Shown here one piece after another: positions 14,076-27,115 of a stretch of DNA of 64,000 bases (its first letter is position 1; every line of letters begins with the position of its first letter). A program made the translations under genes and the position numbers. This DNA comes from Chrysomallon squamiferum. Lineage: Eukaryota > Animalia > Mollusca. The notes below the pieces were generated by a model. It made no database searches, was not told where the DNA came from, and saw only the letters and a program-made list of their open reading frames with translations. The DNA lies in contig CM022670.1 in the NCBI GenBank assembly GCA_012295275.1, positions 19,840,001-19,904,000 on the forward strand, given 5' to 3'.

Positions 14076-15754
14076 TTATTATTTATGTAATTATTATTAT
14101 TACATAAATAATAATGTGTCTGTTCCGTTGATTCTATTTCTGCTGTGTGTGGTCTTTCCGAATTAAACATTTGCTAATATTTTATTATACTGCTGACATA
14201 GGAAAATATATTAATAGTATTATTATTGTTATAAATACTTTATCTTTTTCTTTTTTGTGTTTTTTTTTTTTAATTATTAGTGAATAATATTAAATGTTTA
14301 CGTGTTTTCCAACACGTATCTAAACTTTTATTACATTACCGACGGCTAATTTAATCAGTACGATAAACAAATAAATACATAAATGCAAAGTATAAATTTA
14401 TAAATCGGCGAATGTCTAAGGATAGGCTGTATAATTAGCAACTATTCCTGTACAATTTCCCACCTGAAATTGCTTACATGTTTATTCTTACTAATAAAAA
14501 CGTATATAATCAATAATCTAAGAATATGAAAGTAATATTATTACAACATAAAACAAATATTAAATATTCGCGCTGTTTTTCTATTTCATTTTTGCATTTA
14601 TAAGAATTTTAAATGTTTAAATAATTATGTGATCTAAACAAATAAAAATAAAAGGAAAAGAAAAGAGAAAAAAGTTAAAACGTACTTCTGTCTTGTTACA
14701 TAGTGCCTTTTACCGCCATTGTGAGCTTCGTCCAGTGAGAAAACAGTTTATAATTTATTATTTCAACAGACAAAAGAAAATGTATTTTACTTAGTCGTTC
14801 ACTTACTTTTTCTTTTTTTTTTTTTTTTTTTTTTTTCTTCTTTTTCTTATTATTATTATTGTTGTCGTTGTTGTTGTTACAATAACATCTACCAACAAAA
14901 GTAAATAGCCTAGAAAAAAAAATAGAAAAACAAAGTTCACAAAATATTTGTGTCTCTGTAGCAAAATAATCCTTTATTTACAATGTCACTTTCATTTTAT
15001 TTCCACAGGTCTTTTTCAGTTGAACTAATGCAGTATATTTATTTCTGTGTAACAAAATATTAATAAATAAATGAATAAACAAAAGTAGTCCGAAGAAATA
15101 TAGTTTTAATGGTGTAAGGGAAACAACTCTAAAACGATAACTTCATATTTGGTGTTTCTGTTACCTATTGATGGAAAACAAAAGTGATCTGAAAAAACGT
15201 TTCATAGAGACTATATTTTCGGCTAAGTTATTAAACCAGAAAGTAAATATTCAAAATTTATAGCAAATACATTGAATTTTGGGGGCTAGCAAATAAATAA
15301 ATAAAGTAAAATATATTTGACTAGATATATCCGTAATAATGTTTTAGTAATTCAAACAATACAAACAGCAACAACAATAACGATATATAAATGTATAAAT
15401 AAATGTAGTAGTACGATCAAAATAATTGGAAGTAAGTTTGAAATATTTATATCCTCCATTTAAATTCGAAAATTAAGGAATGAATCCGTCTAAGAAATAA
15501 AAATGTATTTCATGGTATAAGGGAAACAACTCTAAATGGCTTAAATACGTCGAAAGAAAAATTTGACTTAATAAATATCAAATATCCAGTTCATATATAA
15601 CCACCAATAAAATTTATTTGAATTATTATTAATCTATTTATTTTGTAAATTAAATTAACTGGACATAAAAAAAGAAAAGTAATATTTATTTTTAAAAATA
15701 AAGATACAGGTTATAATAAAGGTATTTTCATTCAATTTAAGAAAATCGATGATA

Positions 15755-15966
15755 AATTAATTACCCAGTTGTTCCGAAGGTTTCATATATTACTGTTTAG
15801 TAATTTTATTTATTTTATTTTATTTATTTATTTATTTATTTAATTATTTTTTAAATTCTCGAATTGATTTTTTAATGCAGGTTATGGAGGCTCAGTCTTT
15901 CCATTATTAGTGTGTTGATTAACAAATTATGTCCCTTAGACCGTGAATTATTTTATTACATTTTTT

Positions 15967-16029
<63 letters not shown>

Positions 16030-16328
16030 AATTACTCTGAATTATTACATTAATAATATCAAAATGCTTCAAAATAAATAAATAAATAAACATATAAACC
16101 AGAAAATAAATTTTGAAGATCTCTGCCTTCCTCTCAGAAGATTAAATCAATACCCAGTAGTCTGAAGGTTTCATATATATAAGGTTTCGTAATTTTATTT
16201 TATTTATTTATTTATTTTAAAAATTATCGAATTTATTTTTAATGCAGTTTATGGAGGCTCAGTCTTTCCATTATTTGTGTGTTGATTAACAAAGTTATGT
16301 CCCTTAGACCGTACATTATTTATTTATT

Positions 16329-16370
<42 letters not shown>

Positions 16371-16700
16371 TTTATTATCATTATTATTATTATAAATTAT
16401 TCTGAATTATTACATTAATAATATCAAAATGCTTCAAAATAAATAAATAAATAAATAAACATATAAACCAGAAAATAAATTTTGAAGGTCTCTGCCTTCC
16501 TCTCAGAAGATTAAATCAATACCCAGTAGTTCTGAAGGTTTCATATATAACTGTTTCGTAATTTTATTTTATTTATTTATTTATTTTAAAAATTCTCGAA
16601 TTTATTTTTAATGCAGTTTATGGAGGCTCAGTCTTTCCATTATTTGTGTGTTGATTAACAAAGTTATGTCCCTTAGACCGTAAATTATTTATTACATACA

Positions 16701-16735
<35 letters not shown>

Positions 16736-17166
16736 TATTTATTATCATTATTATTATTATAAATTATTCTGAATTATTACATTAATAATATCAAAATGCT
16801 TCAAAATAAATAAATAAATAAATAAATAAATAAACCAGAAAATAAATTTTGAAGGTTTCTGCCTTCCTCTCAGAAGATTAAATCAATACCCAGTAGTTCT
16901 GAAGGTTTCATATATAACTGTTTCGTAATTTTATTTTATTTATTTATTTATTTTAAAAATTCTCGAATTTATTTTTAATGCAGTTTATGGAGGCTCAGTC
17001 TTTCCATTATTTGTGTGTTGATTAACAAAGTTATGTCCCTTAGACCGTAAATTATTTATTACATTCATTTTTTTTTTTTTTTTTTTTTAAATTTATATTT
17101 ATTATCATTATTATTATTATAAATTATTCTGAATTATTACATTAATAATATCAAAATGCTTCAAAA

Positions 17167-17205
<39 letters not shown>

Positions 17206-17882
17206 ACCAGAAAATAAATTTTTAAGATCTCTGCCTTCCTCTCAGAAGATTAAATCAATACCCAGTTTTTCTAAAGGTTTCATATATAACTGTTTCGTAA
17301 TTTTATTTTATTTATTTACTATTTTAAAAATTCTCGAATTTATTTTTAACACGTTTTGTGGAGGCTCAGTCTTTTCAGTATTTGTGTGTTGATTATCAAA
17401 GTTATGTCCCTTAGACCGTAAATTATTTATTACATTCATATTTATTTACTTATAAATGAAATAAATAAACATATAAACCAGAAAATACATTTTGAAGATC
17501 CCTGCCTTCCTCTCAGAAGATTAAATCAATACCCAGTTGTTCTGAAGGTTTCATATATAACTGGTTGGTAATTTTATTTATTTATTTATTTATAAATAAT
17601 AATAATAATAAAATTTATATATATAAAATTACCAACCAGTTATGTATGAAACACTTAAAACAACTAGGTATTGATTTTCCTATTTTATTTTCCTATTAAA
17701 AAATAAATTTGAGAATTTAACAATATATATATATATATATATTTGCTTTTTAATTTTTTTTTTTAATTTTTTTTTTTAATTCTTGAATTTATTCTTTAAT
17801 ACTTGGGTTTTAGAGGCTCAGTCTTACTATATCATGTGCGTTGATTAATAAAGTTATGTCCCTTAGACCGTATTATTATTAT

Positions 17883-17914
<32 letters not shown>

Positions 17915-18050
17915 TTATTATTATTATAAAATATTCTGAATTATTATATCATTAATATCAAAATAAATAAATAAATAAATAAAAATTGTAAAGCATATAA
18001 AAAAGAAAACTAAGACTGAAGATTTGTCCTCTCAGAATATTAATATTATG
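15755..18050. repeat. Satellite-like tandem array, ~367-bp unit, about 6 copies
   Basis: GAGGCTCAGTCTT...GTTATGTCCCTTAGACCG recurs at ~15887, 16253, 16622, 16989, 17359 and 17813, with spacings of ~366-370 and a longer last interval. Units carry TCTGCCTTCCTCTCAGAAGATTAAATCAATACCCAG and embedded poly-T, (TAT)n and (AAAT)n runs. Confidence 0.93.
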
Positions 18051-18097
18051 GTAAAATAAAAGGAAGATAAAATGAAAATAAATTATTTAATATTTTG

Positions 18098-18840
18098 GTG
18101 GGACACCCACGGGACCGAGCTAAAGTGTCCCTACATCGCAGGTGTTTCCTAATCAGAGGGACAGTATTTACAATCTTTATTCACATGCACCACACCAGTA
18201 CCCACAACAAATATAAATCATTGCAGCCAGGCATTGCCATAGCAAGTATCATGGCTTTCTCGTAAAACAGAACTGCAAATATACCGAGTTCACTGGATGT
18301 AAATAAAACATTTTGCACGTCACAGGACTCATAATAAGCATACGGTATATTTATGTTTTACAAAATATTGCGTTTGAAAATTACAGTTATGATATGTGCC
18401 AGCCAAAAATTCCGTTTGACGCGTTGTTTAAAAAACATGCATGGAATGATGTTGGATGATCGAATTCTTAAAATTATGTACCAAATGTTTTCAACTCGCA
18501 TGTTTTTGCGGGCAAACGTTTGGTGATTGCAGTTCGCGGATTCTTGTATCCCAGATAGAACATGTCGAGAATGCACTGTGCAGTGCACTATAAAACTATA
18601 AAACAGTTGTACAACAATAAAAATACAAATCCAAATCGGTATGAAGGTCCACTGTAGCAGTAGAATAATAATTTAAATAATGTTGAACATCGTAGGCGGC
18701 CGCTAAAGTCAGGTGGTACTGTACTGTCACCGAATTAGCGTAATATGCAGTCATGTGAATGCGAAAAGCAAGTTGTTCTTAAAACCAGGAATCCCTTCGA
18801 AATACATCCTAGCAGACAGGGGTCTAGGTATAACAGAGTA
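18098..18840. mobile_element. Possible degenerate non-autonomous DNA transposon remnant
   Basis: GC-richer block starting GGTGGGACACCCACGGGACCGAGCTAAAGTGTCCCTACATCGCAGGTG, resembling sub-terminal motifs of invertebrate Tc1/pogo-type MITEs. No clean TIR pair found. Confidence 0.3.
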
Positions 18841-19169
18841 AGGAACTAAATGAAATAAAGTTTTATATCTTGTTCTTTAATTTCCCTGCAGTTCTGTTCT
18901 ATTTATTTATTTATTATTATTATTATGCACCATCGTTTTCTTCAGTATCATTAAATAGCATTTAATTAATAAAAAATGCTAAATCAGTTAATTTTTCTTT
19001 GTGAGTTTTAAATATTTGTATTTGTTTTTATAAGATGCTTTAATATACGGTAATTATGTAAACCTACAGTCATGTACAACTTTAAATTATATAAAATTTA
19101 ATAAAATTTGTTGCCATATTCTTGTTTATTTCGAGACGTAATTGAAATACTCATTTTATTATTATTATT

Positions 19170-19220
<51 letters not shown>

Positions 19221-19399
19221 ATTATTATTATTATAATTTTATTTTATTTTATTTTATTTTATTTTATTTTGTCTTTGTTTCAAACAAATCCGCTAATACT
19301 GAGACAGGCTTTTCGATTGTTTGCCCGTGAATGTCTAGCTAATACGTTTATTTCGACTGCCTGATTGAATGATTGATTAATATAATGTAATGAAAGTTC

Positions 19400-20799
19400 G
19401 GCTGAATTATTCACCTGACATCATATATTCGTCACCAGAGGCATTAGTGACACTGAAACTGAATCTTTAAATATGTTGTCTAAATACGAAATTATTTGTT
19501 TGACTGGTGATTTTAACGTGTTTCTAACGACGACTGCATATTTAATAACACAGACGATGAAAGTATTGAACAATTAAGTGACACATACAAATTAAAACTA
19601 CTTAATATTCTTCTTAATAGAAAAAGTATGGACACCCAAAATAAATAATTATGGCAATATACTTTGTGTAAATAATGTAATCTGTATGTTCTAAACGGCC
19701 GTGTCAGTGAAGACAGACATTTTGGTAAATACCTCTTAAAAACTATTTTGTTGTAGATTATTGTACTGGTGCCAGGAGTTTATTAATTGTGGATGATGAC
19801 TTTTACATTCTAGAATTTTCAAAACTGTTTCCTGATATTCATTGTCCACTATCTATTAAACTAAAATCTAAAAAGACTATAGACTCTGTTAATGAAATAT
19901 ATATTGATTTACAAATTTCCGAGAAACCAAAGAGGTTGGAAAACAGTAAAAAATATGATTTATGTAGAAATATTAATACTAAATATAATTGAAAAACTTC
20001 TTCTCAAGTTTTGCAAATATATATTATGTGTTAACAATTCAGCACCATGCTTTATGGTTTATGATGAATTAGTAAGATATCCACTGTCTATTAGTGTTAA
20101 AGTAAGAATGTTTACATTTTGGGCAAAGGTTCTTAATTGTAAAGAGTAGAGACTGTCTTTTGTACTATACATGTTGTTATCATATAACCATAGTATAAAT
20201 TTTATACGAAGTCCTTGGTTATCTTCTATGAAACCTATACTAGATAGATGTGGTTTATGTAACATATATTCATGTGTACAAGCGAATGTTTTGTATAATC
20301 AATTGTTGCTTAAATCATCTAAAGGCATTAATTATAGAATGTTTAAAGATGAATTTAAATTACAGCATTATCTGTTAACGCTCCCAACAAAAAATGCTAG
20401 AATATTATGTAAATTTAAAAGCTAAAATGCCAAGCTTTCTAGAGAAACTGTAAGATGGTTCGATACTGAAAGAGAAAGAAGAATTCCGACATTTGTGTTG
20501 TGTTCCACTATATTTTTATCTTTTGAGAGAAGAAAATATATACTATAATATACTTAGACCAAATGCAGTAACATTTTAACATTTATTTTATTGCAAAAAA
20601 AAAAAAAAAAAAAAAAAAAATTTTGTATAAGATTTCCCGACATATACAACTTGATATTGAGAGAGTCATTTTTCCGGGTTAAATCATAATCAATATGTTT
20701 TGTACCAATACAGAAAATACTGTTTAAATTAACTTTTATTTATATGTTTTCAACACTGCGCGCGGTGCAGTCTTTAGAGAAATAAACTTCTTGTCTTGA
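19400..20799 (+). mobile_element. Degenerate, internally deleted non-LTR retrotransposon (CR1-group, L2/Crack/Daphne-like) ORF2 relic
   Basis: Frameshifted fragments carry APE endonuclease motifs (ICLTGDFN at ~19495-19517; NLYVLNGRV...VVDY; FPDIHCPL). These are followed by post-RT motifs (EKLLLKFCKYILCV...MVYDELVRYPL...VRMFTFW; YRMFK...F.LQHYL...LCKFK). The 3' end is AATAAA (20781) plus CTTGTCTTG. No RT core (YADD) seen. Confidence 0.8.
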
Positions 20800-21032
20800 C
20801 GAGTTAATTCGATCGCATAGCTTTCTATAAGTATTTGATAGAACGTGATAACCGTATGCCTAATTATACAGTTCAAAAGATACAAATAAGAAATATATTA
20901 CTTTAAAATATGGTTTTATAAATCAGTTTAGCAACGATTTTTTGTTACATCTTTGTCTAAACTTGACTGAAACTGTAAATAAATAAATATGGTGCGAGAC
21001 CCAAGACGAGGGGAAAATAAATAGAAAGAATT

Positions 21033-21043
21033 CAAGATGGCGG
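21033..21043 (+). promoter_or_regulatory. YY1-like motif overlapping the KAT8 start codon
   Basis: CAAGATGGCGG matches the YY1 consensus, which often overlaps the ATG of housekeeping genes with short 5'UTRs. Confidence 0.4.
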
Positions 21044-22398
21044 AAAGTGCGAAGAAAGGTGTTTCGGTGGATTGCAATTCGTTAAATTCTCCGCAAACAC
21101 CAAATACTACAAACTTTAAAACTCAGACTTCATCGAGAACTGAAGAAAGAAAAGACAGCAACCGCAGTGATGATACTATTCCCGATATTGGGGATCATTA
21201 CTTTGTTAGAAGACCCGATAATTCGTGGCACCCCGCCGAAATAATCCAGGTCAGGGCTGATGATTCAGGCTGCAAACATGAATTTTATGTACACTACGAG
21301 GGCTTTAACAGAAGACTGGATGAATGGGTTCAGATAGATAGATTTAATCTTACCACGAAAATTGATGACCAGCAGACAAAAGTTAAAGATCTTACTATAA
21401 ATTTAACGGACCTTGCAGATAGAACGGACAGAAAAATAACAAGATTTCAAAAAAGAAAACATGACGAAATTAATCATGTTCAAAAAAGCTATGCAGAGAT
21501 GGACCCAACAACAGCTGCTCTGGAAAAAGAACACGAAGCTATCACAAAAGTCAAATACATTGACAAGATTCAGATTGGAAGATACGAAATTGATGCCTGG
21601 TACTTTTCTCCGTATCCCGAAGAATACGGCAAACAACCAAAGTTATTCATTTGTGAATTCTGTTTGAAATACATGAGGTTGGAGAAAACCTATAGATACC
21701 ATCAAAGTCAGTGCACCTGGAGACACCCACCTGGGAAAGAAATCTACAGAAAGGGAACAGTATCAGTGTTCGAAGTTGATGGAAAAGACGTCAAAATATA
21801 CTGTCAGAATCTTTGTCTGCTTGCAAAACTTTTCCTTGACCACAAGACTTTGTATTTCGATGTTGAGCCATTCTTGTTTTACATTCTTGTTGAGGTTGAC
21901 AGACGTGGTTGTCATCTCGTTGGTTATTTCTCAAAAGAAAAGGAATCACCTGATGGAAACAATGTTGCCTGTATTCTGACACTCCCACCATTCCAGCGAA
22001 AAGGATATGGCAAATTTCTCATTGCATTTAGCTATGAACTTTCAAAACTTGAAGGAGCTGTTGGCTCACCAGAGAAACCTTTATCTGATTTAGGAAAGCT
22101 CAGTTATCGAAGTTACTGGTCATGGGTCCTGCTTGAAATTTTACGAGACTTTCGAGGAACACTGTCCATAAGAGATCTCAGCCGGATGACAAGTATTGGC
22201 CAGAATGATATTATCAGCACTTTACAGTCACTAAACATGGTGAAATACTGGAAAGGTCAGCATGTGATATGTGTGACACCTAAGTTAGTGGAGGAACATC
22301 TCAAGAGTGCACAGTACAAACGTCCTCCACTCACAGTTGATCCCACTTGTCTGCGATGGGATCCTCCAAAGAAGATTCCAAAGCCCAACAAGAAATGA
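21037..22398 (+). CDS. KAT8: Histone acetyltransferase KAT8/MOF (MYST1), single coding exon, 453 aa
   Basis: Chromo-barrel (WHPAEIIQ...[16 protein letters not shown]), C2HC zinc finger (CEFCLKY...HQSQC), MYST domain with FLDHKTLY (autoacetylated Lys), NVACIL, QRKGYG (acetyl-CoA binding) and [11 protein letters not shown] (catalytic Glu). The linker [19 protein letters not shown] is KAT8-typical. Confidence 0.97.
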   Translation: MAESAKKGVSVDCNSLNSPQTPNTTNFKTQTSSRTEERKDSNRSDDTIPDIGDHYFVRRPDNSWHPAEIIQVRADDSGCKHEFYVHYEGFNRRLDEWVQIDRFNLTTKIDDQQTKVKDLTINLTDLADRTDRKITRFQKRKHDEINHVQKSYAEMDPTTAALEKEHEAITKVKYIDKIQIGRYEIDAWYFSPYPEEYGKQPKLFICEFCLKYMRLEKTYRYHQSQCTWRHPPGKEIYRKGTVSVFEVDGKDVKIYCQNLCLLAKLFLDHKTLYFDVEPFLFYILVEVDRRGCHLVGYFSKEKESPDGNNVACILTLPPFQRKGYGKFLIAFSYELSKLEGAVGSPEKPLSDLGKLSYRSYWSWVLLEILRDFRGTLSIRDLSRMTSIGQNDIISTLQSLNMVKYWKGQHVICVTPKLVEEHLKSAQYKRPPLTVDPTCLRWDPPKKIPKPNKK

Positions 22399-25300
22399 CA
22401 TGTTTAAAATTGTAAAAGTTATTTGAGGTCTTTACTTCAACAGTTTTAGTCAGGGTAGATTATCTCAGTAATGCCTGTCACTTGGAAATATTTCTTCTCT
22501 CTTGCTAATCATCATTTCTTTTTAAATTAGTGGAGCTTTCTAAAGAAAAGATTCTCAATATAAAAATGAAATTTTGTTTAACGGTATCTCACATTCTTAC
22601 TGTTGATGTATATAGCTTTAGTAAATGCAGTTCGTCAGAGAACATTTGAAAACTTCCTTTATATACAAATTGTTCAAGAAATGTAAATGACAGTTTTCAG
22701 TTTTTGCATTTGTATTTGGATAGTTTTTTAAGTGTTCTTTTTCTTAAGAATCTAGAAAAATGTCATTTTAGAATGTAACTGATTTCATTACCTGGATTCA
22801 AGTATTTGTTATTCTGACATAATGTTTTTTTTTTCTTTCTCTAAAAAAGTCAGTGCTATTAAATTCCATTTTGCAGAACTGTGCTTTTTTTTTTAGTTTG
22901 TTGAAGGAAAAGGAGGCAAACTATTTTATACTGAAGGTGGATGTGACCAAATTATTTAAAATTATTATTTTCTCTATTATTATTAAGGGATGCACACAAC
23001 AAAAGAGAAAACAAGAATGTTTTTTGGTGGATTTTTATTTTATTTATAAAGCCCTCCATAATTTCCCTCATAACATGACACACAAATACAGACAAAAGCA
23101 AACTGAACAACATCAATAAGTGCCAGAAATGTGGAAAAACACCATTATAATGATTTGTAATGTTAATTTCGGATTTCTAATGAATATTGGAATTTGCCAC
23201 TAAAGGGATATTAATCTGACAAGCAACATGCAAATTTCAAAATTAGTTGAAATAATCAAATTAATATGTTCAGATATTATTATCCGATAATAGCATCAGT
23301 TAATGCACAAAGTATTAAATTACGTCTTAATAAAATGGTCAAGTTGAAATAAGAATGGTTTTTCCCACCCCAAAATTTAATGTATATGTTGGGTTATATA
23401 TTTTAACTTTTTCATAAATCATGCTGTTTGTATCATACTGCACTCAAAATACAAGTGTGTCAGTACACAACTATCTTACACCAATATTGATATTGTTACG
23501 TAAGCAAAATGACAAAATTTAGCCAGATATTTCTAGTAGAACTCCAAATGTATTTAATTTATTATCTGAAAATTTAAAACAGTTACTTCAAGAAGTATTT
23601 CAACAAATGACCTCAAAAAGAGAGGTAAAAAAACTGTCCAATAAGACTGGTTTTTCACATATTGAAAAATATAAATGAACACAACATTAATGACATAGCT
23701 GAATTATACACTAGAAGTAAAAACTATTTACATCTCTTGAGGTGTAGTTATAATGAGGAGGACAGTGTAATTCACAGTCTGTCGTCAGTTATTCACTGAA
23801 AGATTAAAATCAGTAGAAATAGGTTTCTTTATGATAAATCTTAATATTTTTGAAAACAGCAGGCCTGTAGATCAACATGTGGCTAAAGACTTGAACTAAG
23901 ATGTCTTGTGCTGTGAACTTCATATTCAAATGGCTTTGGTGTGTTCTCCTTCTCATGGTTCCTGAATACTTATCTGTCAAATTCACTGATACCAAAACAT
24001 TTTATGAATCATGCTGCCCTCCTGTTACAGTTAAAAAAAAAAACAACATGCACAAGAAAACAATAAAAAAAAGACAGTAACCATGGTAACATGAACCATG
24101 TAGCCCGTTGTCCCCCAGTACTGGGTTGAACTTGTGAGTGCCTCCCACACAATGAGTTGTTCAAGATGTAAAGGCAGTCGAGATGGACCAGTGGGACAGA
24201 ATCTTGTGTTGTTGTACCACAAACACCTCTCTACAAGACAGACCTCTTCATGGTGTTCACTGTATATCAATCTGAGGTACATCACATACTATATAAAAAA
24301 AATACATTAACTAGTTAGTATTACAGTATCAGAACATTAAATTTTATGAAATGAGTTCAGTGGTAGCCTGCATAAATTGGGAAGAAATCTATGAAAACTC
24401 ATATACATTTTGTTTTTATGAGGAAACACAGATAAAGAATCTTCAGTTTCAAATCATTTTATTATTTTTTTTCATCAAAGTTTGTGACCATATTCAGCTA
24501 CTTGAATATACACTTCAAATTGAAAACCATTCACCTTGACTGAATCCCACTTCATTCTTTTAAGGTAAAAATCTCTTAGAATGTCATGAAGGTAATGGTG
24601 CATTATACATTTTCAAAAGTTTTCATTCCTTTTATCTTACAACTATTCTGGTTTAATTAAAAGAATGTTTATTAGCTGTTGGAAATTTTAGTTTTCACTT
24701 ACCAATATATAACAGACCTTTAAAATGTTAAATAATACACCTGAGAGTGATACAGATGAATTACAATGTGACATACCACAGTATGATATTAAACAGTGAT
24801 CCCCACACCAACCCTTCCAATAATACCATGACAATATAAAAAGAAATATACATTATTTTGCACATGAAGCAACTGATATATTTTGATAATTTTAAATGCA
24901 AAACTAAACATGGATATTACTGTTTATAATTATTGTTCTCATATACATTAAGGTGTCTCCTATTGTCAAAGTTAAAAAAAGAGGAATGCAGAAATGGTTT
25001 TATTGGATGGGTTGGTTTACTTATAACATTTTAAAGCTGCAAACTTCCACAAACAGAACATCTACTTTTGCCTGTAATGAAAATATATACAATGGTTTAT
25101 GTAGAAATATAGTACAGAACACGTATTAACAAATATTTGGAGAAAAAAGAAAAGAGAAAATAAAGTGATGTTTCCATTAACTGTCCCCAAACAGTACATA
25201 ATTAATTAAACAAAAACAAAATTCAGTATTTGTAACAGAACCAATCTGTGCATTACATAATACATAAAGTTCTGTGATTGTACCACAACCAAGAATATAT

Positions 25301-27115
25301 TTTTTTTAAACCTACACGTTACACATTAAGATGTGAAAAAGTAAGTATATTTGCATTTTGAATGAAGAATAAGACAACATCTAAGTAGTAAATATTCACT
25401 TAATTTGTACATTTATTTCAGAAAAAGATAAAACAAAACATATTTATCAGCAATAAAGTTTATAATTTTAACTTTGCTGAGCTACAAAAACTGAAAGCCC
25501 TCGACAATAATAATAAAATGTATCACTATAGATCTATTATTGGTAGTAACTGCAATATTTAGTTTCTACAACATTATCACAAAATCAGGAATCTGATTTA
25601 ATCAGTTTTCTTTTTTTTTTTTCTACATTTTTATTTTTATAGTATTTCATTTTTGTTTATTATCTGCCATGCAATTTAAAAAAATAATATTAAAGGATTT
25701 AGTTCTGAAATTAAGATCTTAATAATTTGATTGATTTTGTTTACTACTGTTTCACTGTAATCTCATTGTTCTATCAACAGTATTAAAGTTACAGAAATAT
25801 ATAAATGAAAAATAAAATAAATATAAGATTTGAATGCATGGACTGTTACAAAGATTAATTTAATTTTCAATTTGAAAATAATATGTACTGATAAGAAATG
25901 ACATGAATGTTATGTGATTATCAGCAATCCAAATCAAAATAAAATAAATAATATCCCAATAATCAAAAATACAAAAACCCAGAAGTATCTTTCAGTAACT
26001 ATATTTTTACTCAAAGAACATCCATGCCAATATGAACAAAACAGCTAAATACATTATTTAAAAAATATATCAATTGGACTTGTATATTGGCAGCCTCCCA
26101 ATATCTATAAGCACTTGTATTGATTTACTTTGTTACTAACAAACTCAAATAAAATAATAATGTATTTAAGCTGACTGTTTATCAAAAATACACGTCAAGT
26201 GTAAACAAGAAAAGAAATGTCCTATTCCACAAAGCAGAGAAACATAAAAATTACAAGAACAGAAACATAAACATTTGTAATTTACACTATACAGTTCCCA
26301 AACAACCCCCCACAAAAAAAAAATTTAATCTGTGTTTCAAAGAACAATTATTAATAATGTTGCTTTTAATGAATACATATGCTTTATCTAATAATTTAGT
26401 ATTCATTCTGAATAAATAATAATAATTAAAAAATAAAAAGATTAAATAATTGTGTGTCTGTGCCTTAAAATGGTGATAAAGATGAAGCAAATTGTAAGTT
26501 AAATTTGGAAATTTTGAAAAAATTAAACCAAAGAAATACTGCAACAGTGTCTTCAAACTCAGCACTAGTATAAATATCACAGAGTGCATTCTGATCAAAA
26601 ACTTATCTAAACAGTACTTAAAAAATAATAATAATAAAACAGAGATACTTTACTTTTATTATCTATATTTGCACAAATAAAAACTTAAGTATTTTGGATT
26701 TACAAATGTGGCACAATTAAAAAAACAAGAAATGGTTTATATAAAACATGTATTGTTTTAAAAAAAAAAAAAATAATAATAATAATAATAAAATATTTGT
26801 GAATATTAAAAATATTTATTTACCAGTTATTTCAAATGAAATGTATGTATGTTGTATTGTCAAATTTGGCATATTAAATAAAGAATAATAATTCTAGACT
26901 ATTTTATTGTTCTTCAAATATCACATATCTTAAACATATCCTACACCAATCAGTTGTTATTACACATAAATAACAGTTCAGGATTTGATAAATAAAACCA
27001 TATGAACTAATGACATCCATTGTTGTTGGTTCTTTAAAAAAAAAAGTAAAAAGCCTGAAAGATAGACAGATACTTTTCATCAACAGAGATTCTACAAAGT
27101 AAGTAAAGGAACTGT

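Noticed and set aside
15755-18050. Regularly spaced conserved words suggesting a CRISPR-like array
   Set aside because: The intervening sequences are also repeated, there are no unique spacers or cas genes, and the DNA is eukaryotic.
21403-21991. Short overlapping ORFs inside KAT8
   Set aside because: Alternative-frame or antisense shadows of the KAT8 coding sequence, with no motifs.
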